The notes beneath the pieces are model-generated. The model was not told the origin of the DNA, searched no databases, and saw only the letters and a program-made list of their open reading frames with translations. Of a DNA stretch of 64,000 nt, positions 1 through 10,845 are shown piece by piece. The number at the start of each line of letters is the position of its first letter. Position 1 is the first letter of the stretch. A program made the position numbers and the translations under genes. The stretch is from a bacterium (GTDB taxonomy: Bacteria; SZUA-79; Acidulodesulfobacterales; Acidulodesulfobacteraceae), in NCBI GenBank assembly GCA_021831025.1, contig JAKBNN010000080.1, positions 1,941-65,940 on the forward strand, read 5' to 3'.

Positions 1-2
1 CA

Positions 3-986
3 ATGACCCTTGGTTTTGTTCCCGGAATGTTTTATCGCAATGCCTGTCTTCATTGCGTAAATGTGCTTCTTACTTATGATGACGGATGCAGGGCAAATTG
101 CGCATATTGCGGCCTTCAAAAGTCGAGGGAAGGCGAATATAACGAGAAGAGTTTTATCAGGGTGGATTGGCCGGTTTTTAAGATGGACGATATTATCGAT
201 TTTACCCTTAAGAAAAAAGAGATAATACACAGGATTTGCATATCGATGATAACCCACGAGAGAGCGAAAGAGGATACTTTTAACATATTAAAGAGATTTT
301 CGGGCGGGCTTCACTGTCCGGTTTCGATATTAATGACTCCGACGATATTAAAGCATGACGATATCGATAAGTTTAAAGAATATGGGGCAGACATGTTAAC
401 CGTTGCCTTGGATGCCGCAACGCCGGAACTTTTTGACGAGTACAGGGGAAGAGGCGTAGGCGGCCCTCACAGGTGGGAAAAGTATAATGATATTTTAGAT
501 TATTCGGTTTCCGTTTTTGGCAAGAATCGCGTGGGATGCCACTTAGTCGTCGGATTGGGCGAAACCGAAAAAGAAATGATATACAGGATTCAATCCGTTC
601 GTGATAAGGGCGGAAGATCCCACCTTTTTTCTTTTTATCAGGAAAAGGGTTCAAAATTAGAAAATCATCCCCAATGCCCGGCGGGTCAATTCAGGCGCGT
701 TCAGGTTGCAAGGCATATAATAGACTACGATATGGGAAGAGCGGAAGAAATGACATTTGAAGAAAGCGGCAAGGTTGTGGATTTTGGCATTCCTTTTAAA
801 AATGTGGCCGAGATAATCGAGGGAGGAACTGCTTTTCAAACCACCGGTTGTCCGGGGAAAACCGAAATATCGGCATGTAATCGTCCGTTCGGCGATTCCT
901 CGCCAAGAAACATAAGGAGTTTCCCCTTCGAATTAAATGCTTTTGATGCGGCAAGGGTGAGAAGAGAACTTTTGGAATACGATTAA
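3..986 (+). CDS. radical SAM protein (5' end cut by window edge)
   Basis: The CxxxCxxC cluster motif GCRANCAYCG lies near the N-terminus. A second Cys patch (GCPGKTEISACNRPFG) lies near the C-terminus. Size is BioB/LipA-like, but the subfamily cannot be assigned by eye. Confidence 0.75.
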   Translation: MTLGFVPGMFYRNACLHCVNVLLTYDDGCRANCAYCGLQKSREGEYNEKSFIRVDWPVFKMDDIIDFTLKKKEIIHRICISMITHERAKEDTFNILKRFSGGLHCPVSILMTPTILKHDDIDKFKEYGADMLTVALDAATPELFDEYRGRGVGGPHRWEKYNDILDYSVSVFGKNRVGCHLVVGLGETEKEMIYRIQSVRDKGGRSHLFSFYQEKGSKLENHPQCPAGQFRRVQVARHIIDYDMGRAEEMTFEESGKVVDFGIPFKNVAEIIEGGTAFQTTGCPGKTEISACNRPFGDSSPRNIRSFPFELNAFDAARVRRELLEYD

Positions 987-1041
987 CGGAAAAACTTGAT
1001 TACCGCAGATGCGGGTGTGGATATATTAAGGAGGATATATA

Positions 1042-1509
1042 TTGTCCGAAGCCGAAACCATAGTAGTAAAGGTAAAACACCTTGGTAATTTGCAAAATCA
1101 GATTATAACCAAAAATCATACCATTATAACCGATGAACCCGAAGAATCCGGCGGAGATGAATTGGCCGCCAATCCGGTGGAGCTTTTATTAGGCGCCGAG
1201 GGCGCATGTACAATTTCCGTTTTAATGATGTTTGCAAAAAGAATGAAATACGACTTAAGGAATGTCGAAATAAATTTAATTCACAAAAGAGTCAGGGTGG
1301 AAGAGCTTAAAAAATCAGGCATCGAAATTGATAACGAAAGAGGTTATGTTCATAAGATAGAAAAAAATATAAAATTCATAGGCAATCTCGATGATGACCA
1401 GCTCGAAGAACTGCAAAGGGTTTCAAAAAGGTGTCCCGTTCACAATATGATTGAAAAGCGTTCCTATTTCGAGGTTTCATTCGACCACAGTCTTAACGCC
1501 AAATCATAA
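1042..1509 (+). CDS. OsmC/Ohr family protein
   Basis: 155 aa. It has an OsmC-like core (ANPVELLLGAEGACTISVLMMF ... KRCPVHN) with two conserved Cys. The start is TTG with AAGGAGG about 7 nt upstream. Confidence 0.75.
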   Translation: MSEAETIVVKVKHLGNLQNQIITKNHTIITDEPEESGGDELAANPVELLLGAEGACTISVLMMFAKRMKYDLRNVEINLIHKRVRVEELKKSGIEIDNERGYVHKIEKNIKFIGNLDDDQLEELQRVSKRCPVHNMIEKRSYFEVSFDHSLNAKS

Positions 1510-1537
1510 AATATAAATAACTTAATAGAGGAATAGA

Positions 1538-2158
1538 ATGCATAAATTTGATCCGGCAAATCATAAAAGATTAAATTCGGAAGGGCGGTACAGGATAATG
1601 CCGCCGGAACTACTAATAGATGAAATAGAAAAGACGGCAGAGGCAAATCTAAAAAGCGGCGAGGCTGTAACTATTGCAGATGTCGGCTGCGGAAGCGGCT
1701 TTTTTTCATTATCTATAATGAAAAGATTTCAGGATAAAAACATCCTTCTGTTTGCTTTGGATGTGAGCGATGAAATGCTCGGCATATTTAATGATAATCT
1801 CAGGAACGCAGTTGGCTGGAAAAATTTTTCCAAAGTAAAATCTTTTAAGTGCGAGGAGTATTTTCTGCCCCTTGCCGATAATTCGGTAAATATTCTTTTG
1901 CTGGCAAATGTTTTTCATGAAATAGAAGATAAATCGAATTATCTTCAAGAGATAAAAAGGGTTTTAAAGAATGAAGGGACTTTCTTCCTCATAGATTGGA
2001 AAAAAGAGGATTTAAATCCGGTAATGGGACCTCCCGCGGGGGAAAGAGTTTCCACCGAAGAGGCGGTTAACATACTTAAAAAAGCTAATTTTAAGGATAT
2101 CAAATCACTTCCGCTATATTCTGCATCCTTTACTTTAGTTTCTAGAAAAGGGGATTAA
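1538..2158 (+). CDS. class I SAM-dependent methyltransferase
   Basis: Has the SAM-binding motif I DVGCGSGFF and the acidic motif LDVSDEM. Length is typical of Methyltransf_11 proteins. Confidence 0.8.
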   Translation: MHKFDPANHKRLNSEGRYRIMPPELLIDEIEKTAEANLKSGEAVTIADVGCGSGFFSLSIMKRFQDKNILLFALDVSDEMLGIFNDNLRNAVGWKNFSKVKSFKCEEYFLPLADNSVNILLLANVFHEIEDKSNYLQEIKRVLKNEGTFFLIDWKKEDLNPVMGPPAGERVSTEEAVNILKKANFKDIKSLPLYSASFTLVSRKGD

Positions 2159-2198
2159 GGAATATTTTTTTAGGGCGGTATGGGGTATAATATCTTTA

Positions 2199-3758
2199 GT
2201 GGATAAATTCAGTTCCTTTTTTTTAAGCAAGTTAATTAAAACGGTAAAAGATTCAGGCCTTTTGGTATGGGGGGACAGGGTGCTTGTTGCCGTTAGCGGC
2301 GGCGTTGACTCCACCGTCCTGCTTTATTCCTTATATGAGTTAAGGCATTATTTTGGAATAACTCTGGCGTGCGCTTCTTTTGACCACAAGATAAGACCGT
2401 CGTCTCATGAGGATATTTTATTTGTGAGCGGCTTATGCAAAAAATTTTCCCTTCCTTTTTATACGGGGCAGGCCGATGCCAAAGTTTATGCAAAAAGATT
2501 AAAATTAAATCTTGAAGAGTCCGCAAGAATTTTAAGGTATAACTTTTTAATGGAATCGGCTCTTGATTTTGGCGCCCAAAAAATGGCCGCCGCTCATCAT
2601 CTGGACGATTTTGCCGAAAATTTTATCATGAGGCTGACTGTCGGCGGCGGAGGCGGCGCCATAGCGGGAATTCCCGCAAAAAATAATATTATAATAAGGC
2701 CGCTTATAAGGCATACTAAGCAGGAAATTATAAATTTCGCGAGAGACAATTCGATTAAGTTTAGAGAGGATTATACAAATTATGACAAAAAAATTTTTAG
2801 AAATTTCGTAAGATTAAACATAATTCCGCAGCTTAAAAAACATAATAAATCCTTTTTAAAAACGGTTTATAATACATCCGGGGTTTTAAGGAGCGACGAC
2901 GAGTTTATAAATGCCGCCGCAAAAGATTTATTTGATAATATCTCAAAATTATTTTTCTCTAAAACGGAGGGTAACAGGCTTTTATTATCGCAGATTGTTT
3001 TTAACCGCAAGGATTTAATAGGCAGTCATCGCGCTTTATTGTACAGATTGCTAAAAATTTCTATTTTGTCCTTATGGCAGCCTCAAGACATTGTAGATAA
3101 AAATATTTTCTCAAAAAAACCAATAGTTTCCTATTCAAATTTTGAAGCATTCGTTGAATTAGTTAAAAGTAAAAAACCGAACGCATATTTTAATATAAAA
3201 CACTTAATATCCGTTAGAAGAGAATATGACAATATTTTTATCGAACATATTTTATTAAATAATAAACTGACATTTAAATCGTTTAATTTTAATTTTACGG
3301 GGAACGGAAAAGAAATTAAATATAAATACATATTAAACGAATTAGATAAAACGAAATATAAGGATGTTTCCGATATAGAAATAAAAGAATTAGGCAGGTC
3401 TTTTTTTATAAAAAAGTTAAAGGAGAAGGAAACTTACAGAATAAAGGCCGGCATTTTAAAATTTAAAAAAAATACTTTGGTTTCCGCCAATGTTGCCTTT
3501 TTCGATTTCGAAAAACTTAAATTTCCCGTGGCGGTGAGAACATTTAAAGAAGGGGACAGATTTGTACCTTTGGGCGCCGGCGGGCATAAAAAGGTAAAAA
3601 GTTATTTTATCGATAAAAAAGTCCCTATGAAAATAAGGAAAATTCTTCCTATTATCCTATTTAAAGATGAAATAGCATGGGTCGGCTTTAATTCTATCAG
3701 CGAAACTATAAAAATAACCGAATCTACCAAATATGCGGGCATTATGTTTATTAAGTAA
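2199..3758 (+). CDS. tilS: tRNA(Ile)-lysidine synthetase
   Basis: Has the N-terminal PP-loop SGGVDS and a TilS-type C-terminal domain (GGHKKVKSYFIDKKVP). GTG start. It lies directly upstream of ftsH, as in many bacteria. Confidence 0.8.
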   Translation: MDKFSSFFLSKLIKTVKDSGLLVWGDRVLVAVSGGVDSTVLLYSLYELRHYFGITLACASFDHKIRPSSHEDILFVSGLCKKFSLPFYTGQADAKVYAKRLKLNLEESARILRYNFLMESALDFGAQKMAAAHHLDDFAENFIMRLTVGGGGGAIAGIPAKNNIIIRPLIRHTKQEIINFARDNSIKFREDYTNYDKKIFRNFVRLNIIPQLKKHNKSFLKTVYNTSGVLRSDDEFINAAAKDLFDNISKLFFSKTEGNRLLLSQIVFNRKDLIGSHRALLYRLLKISILSLWQPQDIVDKNIFSKKPIVSYSNFEAFVELVKSKKPNAYFNIKHLISVRREYDNIFIEHILLNNKLTFKSFNFNFTGNGKEIKYKYILNELDKTKYKDVSDIEIKELGRSFFIKKLKEKETYRIKAGILKFKKNTLVSANVAFFDFEKLKFPVAVRTFKEGDRFVPLGAGGHKKVKSYFIDKKVPMKIRKILPIILFKDEIAWVGFNSISETIKITESTKYAGIMFIK

Positions 3759-3893
3759 GCGCTCATTTAAATTTATCCGAAAAACGGATTCTTGCTTTAA
3801 AATTCAATTGCGCAGGATACAAATAATTATTGAAAAATTTATATAAATATGCCATAGTTATAATAGTAAAAAGTTTAAGGAGGTTAAAACAAT

Positions 3894-5765
3894 TTGAATT
3901 CAAGACTAAAAAACCTTTTATTGTGGGTTTTTATAATTTTTTTGATGATTTTTATCTTTACGATGTTAAATCATCATCCGCCGAAAACCCAAAAAGTTAT
4001 ATTCTCGTCTTTATTGCAAGATATAAAATCAGACAAGGTTAAAAGTGTTACCATAGAATCCCATAATATAATCGGAGTTTATAAAGACGGCAAGAAGTTT
4101 GAAACATATGCTCCAAGCTATCCCGGACTTATAAGCCTTCTCGAAAAACATAATGTAGCGATAGACGCCAAACCGAAACCCGCTTCTCCATGGTATTTAA
4201 GCTTTTTAATAGACTGGCTGCCGATGATAATTATTCTTTTTGCTTTCTGGTATTTTTTCTGGAGGCAAATGCAGGGCGGGGCAGGAAAGGCTATGTCTTT
4301 CGGAAGATCTAAGGCAAAACTTATGACCGACACCACTAATAAAATAACCTTTAAAGATGTAGCGGGCATAGAAGAATCGAAACAGGAGCTTTCGGAAATA
4401 GTAGATTTCTTAAAAGATCCCAAAAAATACACTAAATTGGGAGGCAGGATACCGCACGGCGTATTGCTTGTGGGTCCTCCGGGGACGGGCAAGACGCTCC
4501 TTGCAAAAGCAATTGCCGGTGAAGCGGGTGTTCCGTTTTTTAGCATAAGCGGTTCGGATTTTGTGGAAATGTTTGTCGGCGTCGGCGCTTCGAGGGTAAG
4601 AGACCTTTTTGCTCAGGGAAAGAAAAACGCGCCGTGTATAATATTTATCGACGAAATCGATGCGGTCGGAAGACACAGAGGCGCCGGTCTCGGAGGCGGT
4701 CATGACGAGCGGGAACAGACTTTAAATCAGCTTCTCGTCGAAATGGACGGATTTGAACCTAACGAGGGCGTTATTTTAATTGCGGCAACTAACAGGCCTG
4801 ATGTTCTTGATCCCGCGCTTTTAAGGCCGGGGAGGTTCGACAGGCAGGTAGTCGTTCCAAAACCTGATATTAAGGGAAGGGAAGAGATATTAAAGGTTCA
4901 TGTCAAGGATATCCCGTTAGATAAAGATGTCGATTTGAAGGTGATAGCCAGAGGCACGCCGGGTTTTTCCGGAGCCGATTTAGCCAATATGGTGAACGAA
5001 GCGGCCCTTCTTGCGGCAAGAAAAAATGAATCGACCGTTACTATGAACGATCTGGAAGAGGCTAAAGATAAGGTTATGATGGGTACGGAAAGAAGAAGCA
5101 TGGTTATAACCGAAAAAGAAAAAAGGGTAACCGCTTATCATGAAGCGGGACACACACTTGTTGCTAAAATGCTTCCCGGAAGCGACCCTATTCATAAAGT
5201 TACTATAATTCCAAGAGGTATGGCTATGGGGCTTACCCAGCAGCTTCCTATCGACGAAAAACATAACTACGACAGGGAATATCTGCTAAATGAGGTGGCA
5301 ATTTTATTGGGCGGAAGAACTGCGGAGGAAATTATTTTTAATCAGATGACCACCGGCGCTTCCAACGATATTGAAAGGGCTACCGATATTGCAAGAAAAA
5401 TGATATGCGAGTGGGGCATGAGTGAAAAATTGGGACCCATCACCTTTGGAAAAAAGGAGGAACAGATATTTCTGGGCAGAGAATTTGCCCAGCACAAAGA
5501 CTACTCCGAATCCACGGCTATCTCTATAGACGAAGAAGTTATGGATATTATTTATAAAAATCATGAAAAGGCTCGAGAGATTCTTACTCAAAATATCGAT
5601 ATACTTAACGACCTTGCCGGCAAGCTTATCGAAAAAGAATCTTTAAACGGCAAAGAAATAGACGAGATTATTACCACCCATAAGCCCGATTATAAACCAG
5701 ATGAAAGCGGCGGCAAAGTTGACCCGAATGAGGGCGGCGGCGAGGGATTGGATATAGAGGATTAA
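3894..5765 (+). CDS. ftsH: ATP-dependent zinc metalloprotease FtsH
   Basis: Has two N-terminal TM segments, Walker A GPPGTGKT, Walker B IIFIDEID and the zinc motif HEAGH. The start is TTG with AAGGAGG 10 nt upstream. Confidence 0.95.
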   Translation: MNSRLKNLLLWVFIIFLMIFIFTMLNHHPPKTQKVIFSSLLQDIKSDKVKSVTIESHNIIGVYKDGKKFETYAPSYPGLISLLEKHNVAIDAKPKPASPWYLSFLIDWLPMIIILFAFWYFFWRQMQGGAGKAMSFGRSKAKLMTDTTNKITFKDVAGIEESKQELSEIVDFLKDPKKYTKLGGRIPHGVLLVGPPGTGKTLLAKAIAGEAGVPFFSISGSDFVEMFVGVGASRVRDLFAQGKKNAPCIIFIDEIDAVGRHRGAGLGGGHDEREQTLNQLLVEMDGFEPNEGVILIAATNRPDVLDPALLRPGRFDRQVVVPKPDIKGREEILKVHVKDIPLDKDVDLKVIARGTPGFSGADLANMVNEAALLAARKNESTVTMNDLEEAKDKVMMGTERRSMVITEKEKRVTAYHEAGHTLVAKMLPGSDPIHKVTIIPRGMAMGLTQQLPIDEKHNYDREYLLNEVAILLGGRTAEEIIFNQMTTGASNDIERATDIARKMICEWGMSEKLGPITFGKKEEQIFLGREFAQHKDYSESTAISIDEEVMDIIYKNHEKAREILTQNIDILNDLAGKLIEKESLNGKEIDEIITTHKPDYKPDESGGKVDPNEGGGEGLDIED

Positions 5766-5842
5766 TTTTAGCTTTTAATATGCGTGAGACGGGGGTTAAG
5801 TTTCGCGCATTACCTGCAAACCGCAAATAACACAAATTTTGA

Positions 5843-7078
5843 ATGTTGAGGCTTGACCCGAATAAGTACAATATGCAAGCATATCTTATAGATATTTTTG
5901 ACAGCACAAACGCCGCGCAGGAGCTTATAAATATCGGCGTGTCCAATTCAGGCAGAATTATTATGGGGGATAAGCTCAAATTTATCGTCATTAAACTCAA
6001 AAATATAAATTCGACTGCATTAAACATACTTAAACAAGAAGCGTTAAGTATAGGCGCGGAACTTGCCAATCATAAGGATGTCATTACAGGAAAGATTGCT
6101 GAATCCGATAGTATTTTGTTTGGGACGCCTGTCCAATTAAGAATCATTGTTAAAAAAATAAGTACACAGGAATTTGGGTTAAAAGGGCTGTCCAAAGATC
6201 TGGAAAATATTTTAACCGCGTCGGACAATAAAGACGCTAAAATCTTAAAAACCGGTAAAGGCGATATTGTTTTTAGCGGGAAAACATATATTATGGGGAT
6301 ACTCAATGTAACGCCGGATTCTTTTTCCGACGGAGGCGACTATTTTAATAAAGATGCCGCAGTTAAAAGGGGTTTGGATTTGGAACGGGAAGGCGCCGAT
6401 ATAATAGACATAGGCGGAGAATCTACAAGGCCGGGGGCGATTAATGTCGATAAACAGGTAGAAATAGACAGGGTATGTCCCGTGATAGAAAAATTGTCAA
6501 AAACCATTAACCTGCCGATTTCTATAGATACAAGAAAACCGGGCGTTGCAGGAGAGGCTTTAAAAGCGGGCGCATCTATTATCAACGATGTATCGGGTCT
6601 CAGTTATGATAAAGAGGGTATGGCAGGTGTTTTAGCCGCAACGGGCGCCCCTTATATTCTTATGCATTCGCGGGGAAAATTGCCGGAAGACATGCAAAGA
6701 GATTTAAGAGCTTATGACGATATTTTTTATGATATTTTAACATATTTTAATGAAAAAATGGAATATTTGGAAGAAAAGGGTTATAACAGAAACAATATAA
6801 TTATCGATCCCGGCTTTGGTTTTGCAAAATCGTTGGATGACAATTATAATATTTTATCAGGCATTACATCGTTTAAATCTTTAGGATTACCGCTTTTGTG
6901 CGGCGTTTCAAGGAAATCGTTTATTAATGCCGTAACAGGAAAGAATAAAAATGATATTTTAAGCGGCAATATCGCCGTTGCATCCTATATGAACCTAAAA
7001 AAGGTGGATATGGTAAGGGTTCACGATGTTAAACAAACGGCAAAGGCTTTTGCCGCGCTGGATAAAATAACCAATTAA
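5843..7078 (+). CDS. folP: dihydropteroate synthase with an extra N-terminal domain
   Basis: The C-terminal ~270 aa form a pterin-binding domain (GILNVTPDSFSDGG, IIDIGGESTRPG, DPGFGFAK). The first ~140 aa are additional to canonical DHPS. Confidence 0.85.
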   Translation: MLRLDPNKYNMQAYLIDIFDSTNAAQELINIGVSNSGRIIMGDKLKFIVIKLKNINSTALNILKQEALSIGAELANHKDVITGKIAESDSILFGTPVQLRIIVKKISTQEFGLKGLSKDLENILTASDNKDAKILKTGKGDIVFSGKTYIMGILNVTPDSFSDGGDYFNKDAAVKRGLDLEREGADIIDIGGESTRPGAINVDKQVEIDRVCPVIEKLSKTINLPISIDTRKPGVAGEALKAGASIINDVSGLSYDKEGMAGVLAATGAPYILMHSRGKLPEDMQRDLRAYDDIFYDILTYFNEKMEYLEEKGYNRNNIIIDPGFGFAKSLDDNYNILSGITSFKSLGLPLLCGVSRKSFINAVTGKNKNDILSGNIAVASYMNLKKVDMVRVHDVKQTAKAFAALDKITN

Positions 7079-7114
7079 AATAACCAATCAAGTTAAAAAG
7101 TAAAAAAATAAAAA

Positions 7115-7936
7115 ATGATTTCCCTTTTACAAAGCTTTGGATGGCGGGATATTTTAGATATAATAATCGTCGCCTTTATTATTTATAGGGCGATAATACT
7201 TATTAAAGGAACCGGCGCGTTCCATGTATTAGTGGGGCTTATAATAATTTTTGCGGTATTTTTGATTGCCGTAGGCCTTAAACTTTATACTACCGAGTAC
7301 ATATTTGGAAATTTTTTAAGTTCTATTATTATAGTAATTATCGTACTTTTTAGAAACGAGATAAGAAGGGGTCTAATCGAGGTCGGGAAAAACCCGTTTG
7401 CCGTTGCGCAAAATAAATTAGAAAGGGTCGGCCTTATAGAGGAAACTTCAAAAGCCGTTTTCGAATTGGCCTCAAAAAGAATCGGCGCAATTATAGTTTT
7501 CGAAAGAAATGTTTTTCTGGGAGACTATTTGAAAATAGGGACTAAACTCGATTCTATTGTTTCGAAAGAGCTTTTAATAAGCATTTTTACGCCTCCGTCA
7601 CCGCTTCATGACGGCGCAGTTATTATTCAAAAAGGAAAAATAGCGGCGGCATCCTGTTATCTGCCTTTATCGGCCGACGAGGATATCAATAAAAAATTCG
7701 GCACAAGACACAGGGCTGCAATTGGACTTTCCGAACTCACCGATGCCCTTTCAATCGTAATTTCGGAAGAAACGGGAAATATTGTGGTTGTGCAGCCTAA
7801 AAAGGTTGAAAAAATTAAAAGCAGCGATGATTTAAGAAATCTGCTTCTGAAAAATCTAAATTATCAGCATGAGCGCAAACAACCTTTGATAAAAACAATT
7901 TATGAACTTTTGCTCGGAAAGACCGACGAAAAATAA
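7115..7936 (+). CDS. cdaA: diadenylate cyclase CdaA
   Basis: Has three N-terminal TM helices plus DAC domain motifs (LHDGAVII, GTRHRAA, SEETG). Confidence 0.9.
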   Translation: MISLLQSFGWRDILDIIIVAFIIYRAIILIKGTGAFHVLVGLIIIFAVFLIAVGLKLYTTEYIFGNFLSSIIIVIIVLFRNEIRRGLIEVGKNPFAVAQNKLERVGLIEETSKAVFELASKRIGAIIVFERNVFLGDYLKIGTKLDSIVSKELLISIFTPPSPLHDGAVIIQKGKIAAASCYLPLSADEDINKKFGTRHRAAIGLSELTDALSIVISEETGNIVVVQPKKVEKIKSSDDLRNLLLKNLNYQHERKQPLIKTIYELLLGKTDEK

Positions 7937-7959
7937 TAGTTTTAGGCAATGAATAAAAA

Positions 7960-8616
7960 ATGAATAAAAATATAGAAAATTTATTAAAAAAAAATTTTTG
8001 GCTAAAGCTGCTTTCTTTATGTATTGCTATTATTATCTGGGCTTATGTAATCGGCGGCAAAAAACATGATGTTATTTATACTGCAGGATTAGTTATTCAT
8101 CCTCTTCCAAAGGGCTACGCCATAAGCAATATATTGCCGAACGATATTCATGTTAAATTGCGCGGTTCAAGAATTGCCATGGGAAAACTAAATAAAGAAA
8201 TTGCTTTTAAAATTGACGGAAGCTCGCTTCTCAGTAAAAAGAATACCATTGTATTAAGCGGGTCTTATTTAGACCTTCCTTCCGGTATAAGGGTGATAAG
8301 CATACATCCAAAGATAATACCCGTCATGATCAGTAGGGTTGTTATAAGGTACGTAAAGGTATTGCCGATAACTACGGGAAAGCTTCAAGCCGGTTATTAT
8401 TTACAAAATATCAATGTATTTCCTCAATATGTTAAGGTTAAAGGTCCTAAAGATATAGTCGGACATCTTTCGGTTATCACCACAAAGAGTATAGATTTGA
8501 GTCATTATAAAAAAGGCGAATTATTAATGGTCGCATTAAGAAAACCGACAAAATTGGTAAAAATTTTGTATAATAAAAAGGTCAATGTCAGCCTTGCAAT
8601 CGTTAAGTCGAAATAG
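7960..8616 (+). CDS. YbbR-domain protein (CdaR-like regulator of CdaA)
   Basis: Has a single N-terminal TM followed by a beta-rich repeat region. It sits between cdaA and glmM, as in the conserved cdaA-cdaR-glmM operon. Confidence 0.6.
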   Translation: MNKNIENLLKKNFWLKLLSLCIAIIIWAYVIGGKKHDVIYTAGLVIHPLPKGYAISNILPNDIHVKLRGSRIAMGKLNKEIAFKIDGSSLLSKKNTIVLSGSYLDLPSGIRVISIHPKIIPVMISRVVIRYVKVLPITTGKLQAGYYLQNINVFPQYVKVKGPKDIVGHLSVITTKSIDLSHYKKGELLMVALRKPTKLVKILYNKKVNVSLAIVKSK

Positions 8617-8658
8617 ATTAATGAAGCAATAACAAAGAAAATAAAAGGCAGGCTAAGT

Positions 8659-10029
8659 ATGAGGAAATTATTTGGTACCGACGGCGTTCGCGGACAGGCA
8701 AACAGGTATCCTTTAACATCCGAGGTTGCTTTAAAGCTGGGGATGGCTTTAGTCGGCGTTTTAAAGTCCCGTGGAAAAAAACTAAAAATAGTTATAGGAA
8801 AAGATACCAGAATTTCTGGTTATATGCTGGAAACTGCGCTTTCGTCTGGTATCTGCGCCATGGGGTCCGATGTTTATTTGGTGGGTCCGATGCCGACCCC
8901 CGGGGTTGCTTTTATAACTTCAAGTATGAGAGCCGATGCCGGCGTAGTTATTTCCGCATCTCATAATCCATTTTATGATAACGGCATTAAGTTTTTTGAC
9001 AGTAACGGATATAAATTTGACGATGAAATAGAGCAGAGAATAGAGGGGTTATTTTTTTCATCCATGAAGGGCTTAGAGGAAGCCGGACCCACGGGAATAA
9101 ATATCGGGAAGGCTCATAGAATAGATGATGCGATTGGCAGATATGTCATTTTTGTCAAATTATCCTTTCCAAAAAATTTAACCTTAGGCGGCCTTAAAAT
9201 GGTTATAGATTGCGCTAACGGAGCGACCTACAAGGCTGCGCCGGTGGTTTTTGAGGAACTGGGGGCATCGGTAATATTGGACAGCGTTAATCCCGACGGT
9301 TTAAATATCAATGAAAATTGCGGTTCTATGCATCCGCAAAATTTAAGCTCATTGGTCAAAAAAAACGGCGCGGATATAGGGATAGCTTTTGACGGAGACG
9401 GCGACAGGGTAATTTTTAGCGACGAGAACGGTGATATTCTTTTAGGAGATGAATTTCTCGCTATATGTTCGTTATATATGAAGGAAGAGGGTTTATTGAA
9501 AAGCAACGGGATTGTTACGACCCCGATGTCTAACATAGCCCTTGAACTGTTGTTAAAAAAGAACGGGATTAAAACCATTTATGCGGATGTCGGAGACAGG
9601 TATATTATGGAAAAAATGCTTAAAAACGGGTATAATTTAGGCGGGGAGCAGTCGGGACATATTATATTTTTAGATGATATTAACACTGGAGACGGCATAA
9701 TATCCGCTTTAAAACTTCTGGCCGTTATGGTAAAGTCGGGATTGCCCCTTTCGCAATTAAGAAAGATTTTTGTCCCTTATCCCCAGACCCTGTTCAATAT
9801 CGATGTGCCGTATAAAAAAGACATAGCGGAACTGCCAAAAGTAAGTGAAAAAATTGCTTATTTTACAGAAATATTAAAAAACAGGGGAAGAATTTTCGTG
9901 AGATATTCAGGGACTCAAAACTATTTAAGGGTTCTTGTCGAGGGCGAAGATTATGACGAGATAAATAAAATCGGACTTGAGATTAAGGAAGAAATAGAAA
10001 AGTATTTTAAAAACAATAATAGCATATAA
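8659..10029 (+). CDS. glmM: phosphoglucosamine mutase
   Basis: Has the FGTDGVRG N-terminus, the phosphoserine loop SASHNP, the metal site FDGDGDR and the sugar loop GEQSGH. Confidence 0.92.
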   Translation: MRKLFGTDGVRGQANRYPLTSEVALKLGMALVGVLKSRGKKLKIVIGKDTRISGYMLETALSSGICAMGSDVYLVGPMPTPGVAFITSSMRADAGVVISASHNPFYDNGIKFFDSNGYKFDDEIEQRIEGLFFSSMKGLEEAGPTGINIGKAHRIDDAIGRYVIFVKLSFPKNLTLGGLKMVIDCANGATYKAAPVVFEELGASVILDSVNPDGLNINENCGSMHPQNLSSLVKKNGADIGIAFDGDGDRVIFSDENGDILLGDEFLAICSLYMKEEGLLKSNGIVTTPMSNIALELLLKKNGIKTIYADVGDRYIMEKMLKNGYNLGGEQSGHIIFLDDINTGDGIISALKLLAVMVKSGLPLSQLRKIFVPYPQTLFNIDVPYKKDIAELPKVSEKIAYFTEILKNRGRIFVRYSGTQNYLRVLVEGEDYDEINKIGLEIKEEIEKYFKNNNSI

Positions 10030-10080
10030 TCCAAAACCTCCGGTGAAAATTTTTATTACAAAAAGAACGGGATTTAACTA

Positions 10081-10842
10081 ATGGAACTTGGCGTTAATAT
10101 CGATCATGTGGCCACACTGAGAAATGCCCGGGGCGGGATTTTCCCCTCCCCCGTACATGCGGCTTTTGTGGCGCTGGAAGCAGGAGCGTTTAATATAACC
10201 TGTCATTTGAGAGAGGATAGAAGGCATATAAAGGATGAGGATGTAAGGTTAATATCTTCATTAACAAAAAGGCTTAATTTAGAAATGGCGGCGGAAGACG
10301 ATATAACAAAAATAGCTCTGGAAATTATGCCGAGAAGCGTTACCTTTGTTCCGGAAAGAAGGCAGGAACTTACAACCGAAGGCGGTCTTAATGTTTTAAA
10401 CGATATAAAAAGATATGAGGAAATAAATAAAGAATTTAAGTCTAAAAATATTACGGTATCGGCTTTTATAGAGCCTGATTTAAAGCAGGTCGAGGCCTCC
10501 AAAAAAGGTGGATTCGACTTTATCGAGATTCATACGGGAAGCTATGCGGATACAATCAGGCAAAAAGAGAAATCGGTCGAGCTTGAGAGGATAAAAACGG
10601 CTATAGATTTTGCTTCAAAAATTGAACTAAAAGTAAATGCGGGGCACGGACTGGATTATAAAAATATATATAGCGTTGCCCTTCTTGACGGTATTTTCGA
10701 ATTCAATATCGGTTTTTCCATTATTTCTCATTCATTGTTTGTCGGACTCGGCGCCGCCGTAAAAGAAATGTTAAAAATAATAAAATCTGCCGAATTTTCA
10801 AAATTAAAAGACGCCGCATCAAAAAATACCGGGGGAGATTAA
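10081..10842 (+). CDS. pdxJ: pyridoxine 5'-phosphate synthase
   Basis: 253 aa. Has GVNIDHVATLRNARG and HLREDRRHI, which are PdxJ hallmarks. Confidence 0.9.
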   Translation: MELGVNIDHVATLRNARGGIFPSPVHAAFVALEAGAFNITCHLREDRRHIKDEDVRLISSLTKRLNLEMAAEDDITKIALEIMPRSVTFVPERRQELTTEGGLNVLNDIKRYEEINKEFKSKNITVSAFIEPDLKQVEASKKGGFDFIEIHTGSYADTIRQKEKSVELERIKTAIDFASKIELKVNAGHGLDYKNIYSVALLDGIFEFNIGFSIISHSLFVGLGAAVKEMLKIIKSAEFSKLKDAASKNTGGD

Positions 10843-10845
10843 AAA

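Noticed and set aside
3830-4042. A 70-aa ORF overlapping the ftsH start.
   Set aside because: It is in a different frame from the strongly supported ftsH CDS, which has an SD plus TTG at 3894. It has no features of its own.
4118-5591. Several long antisense ORFs inside ftsH. Similar ones occur inside nnr (12076-12615), glmM, cimA, pyk, virB4, bioA and others.
   Set aside because: Each lies entirely within a well-supported sense-strand gene with clear family motifs. These are typical shadow ORFs and none shows recognisable domains.
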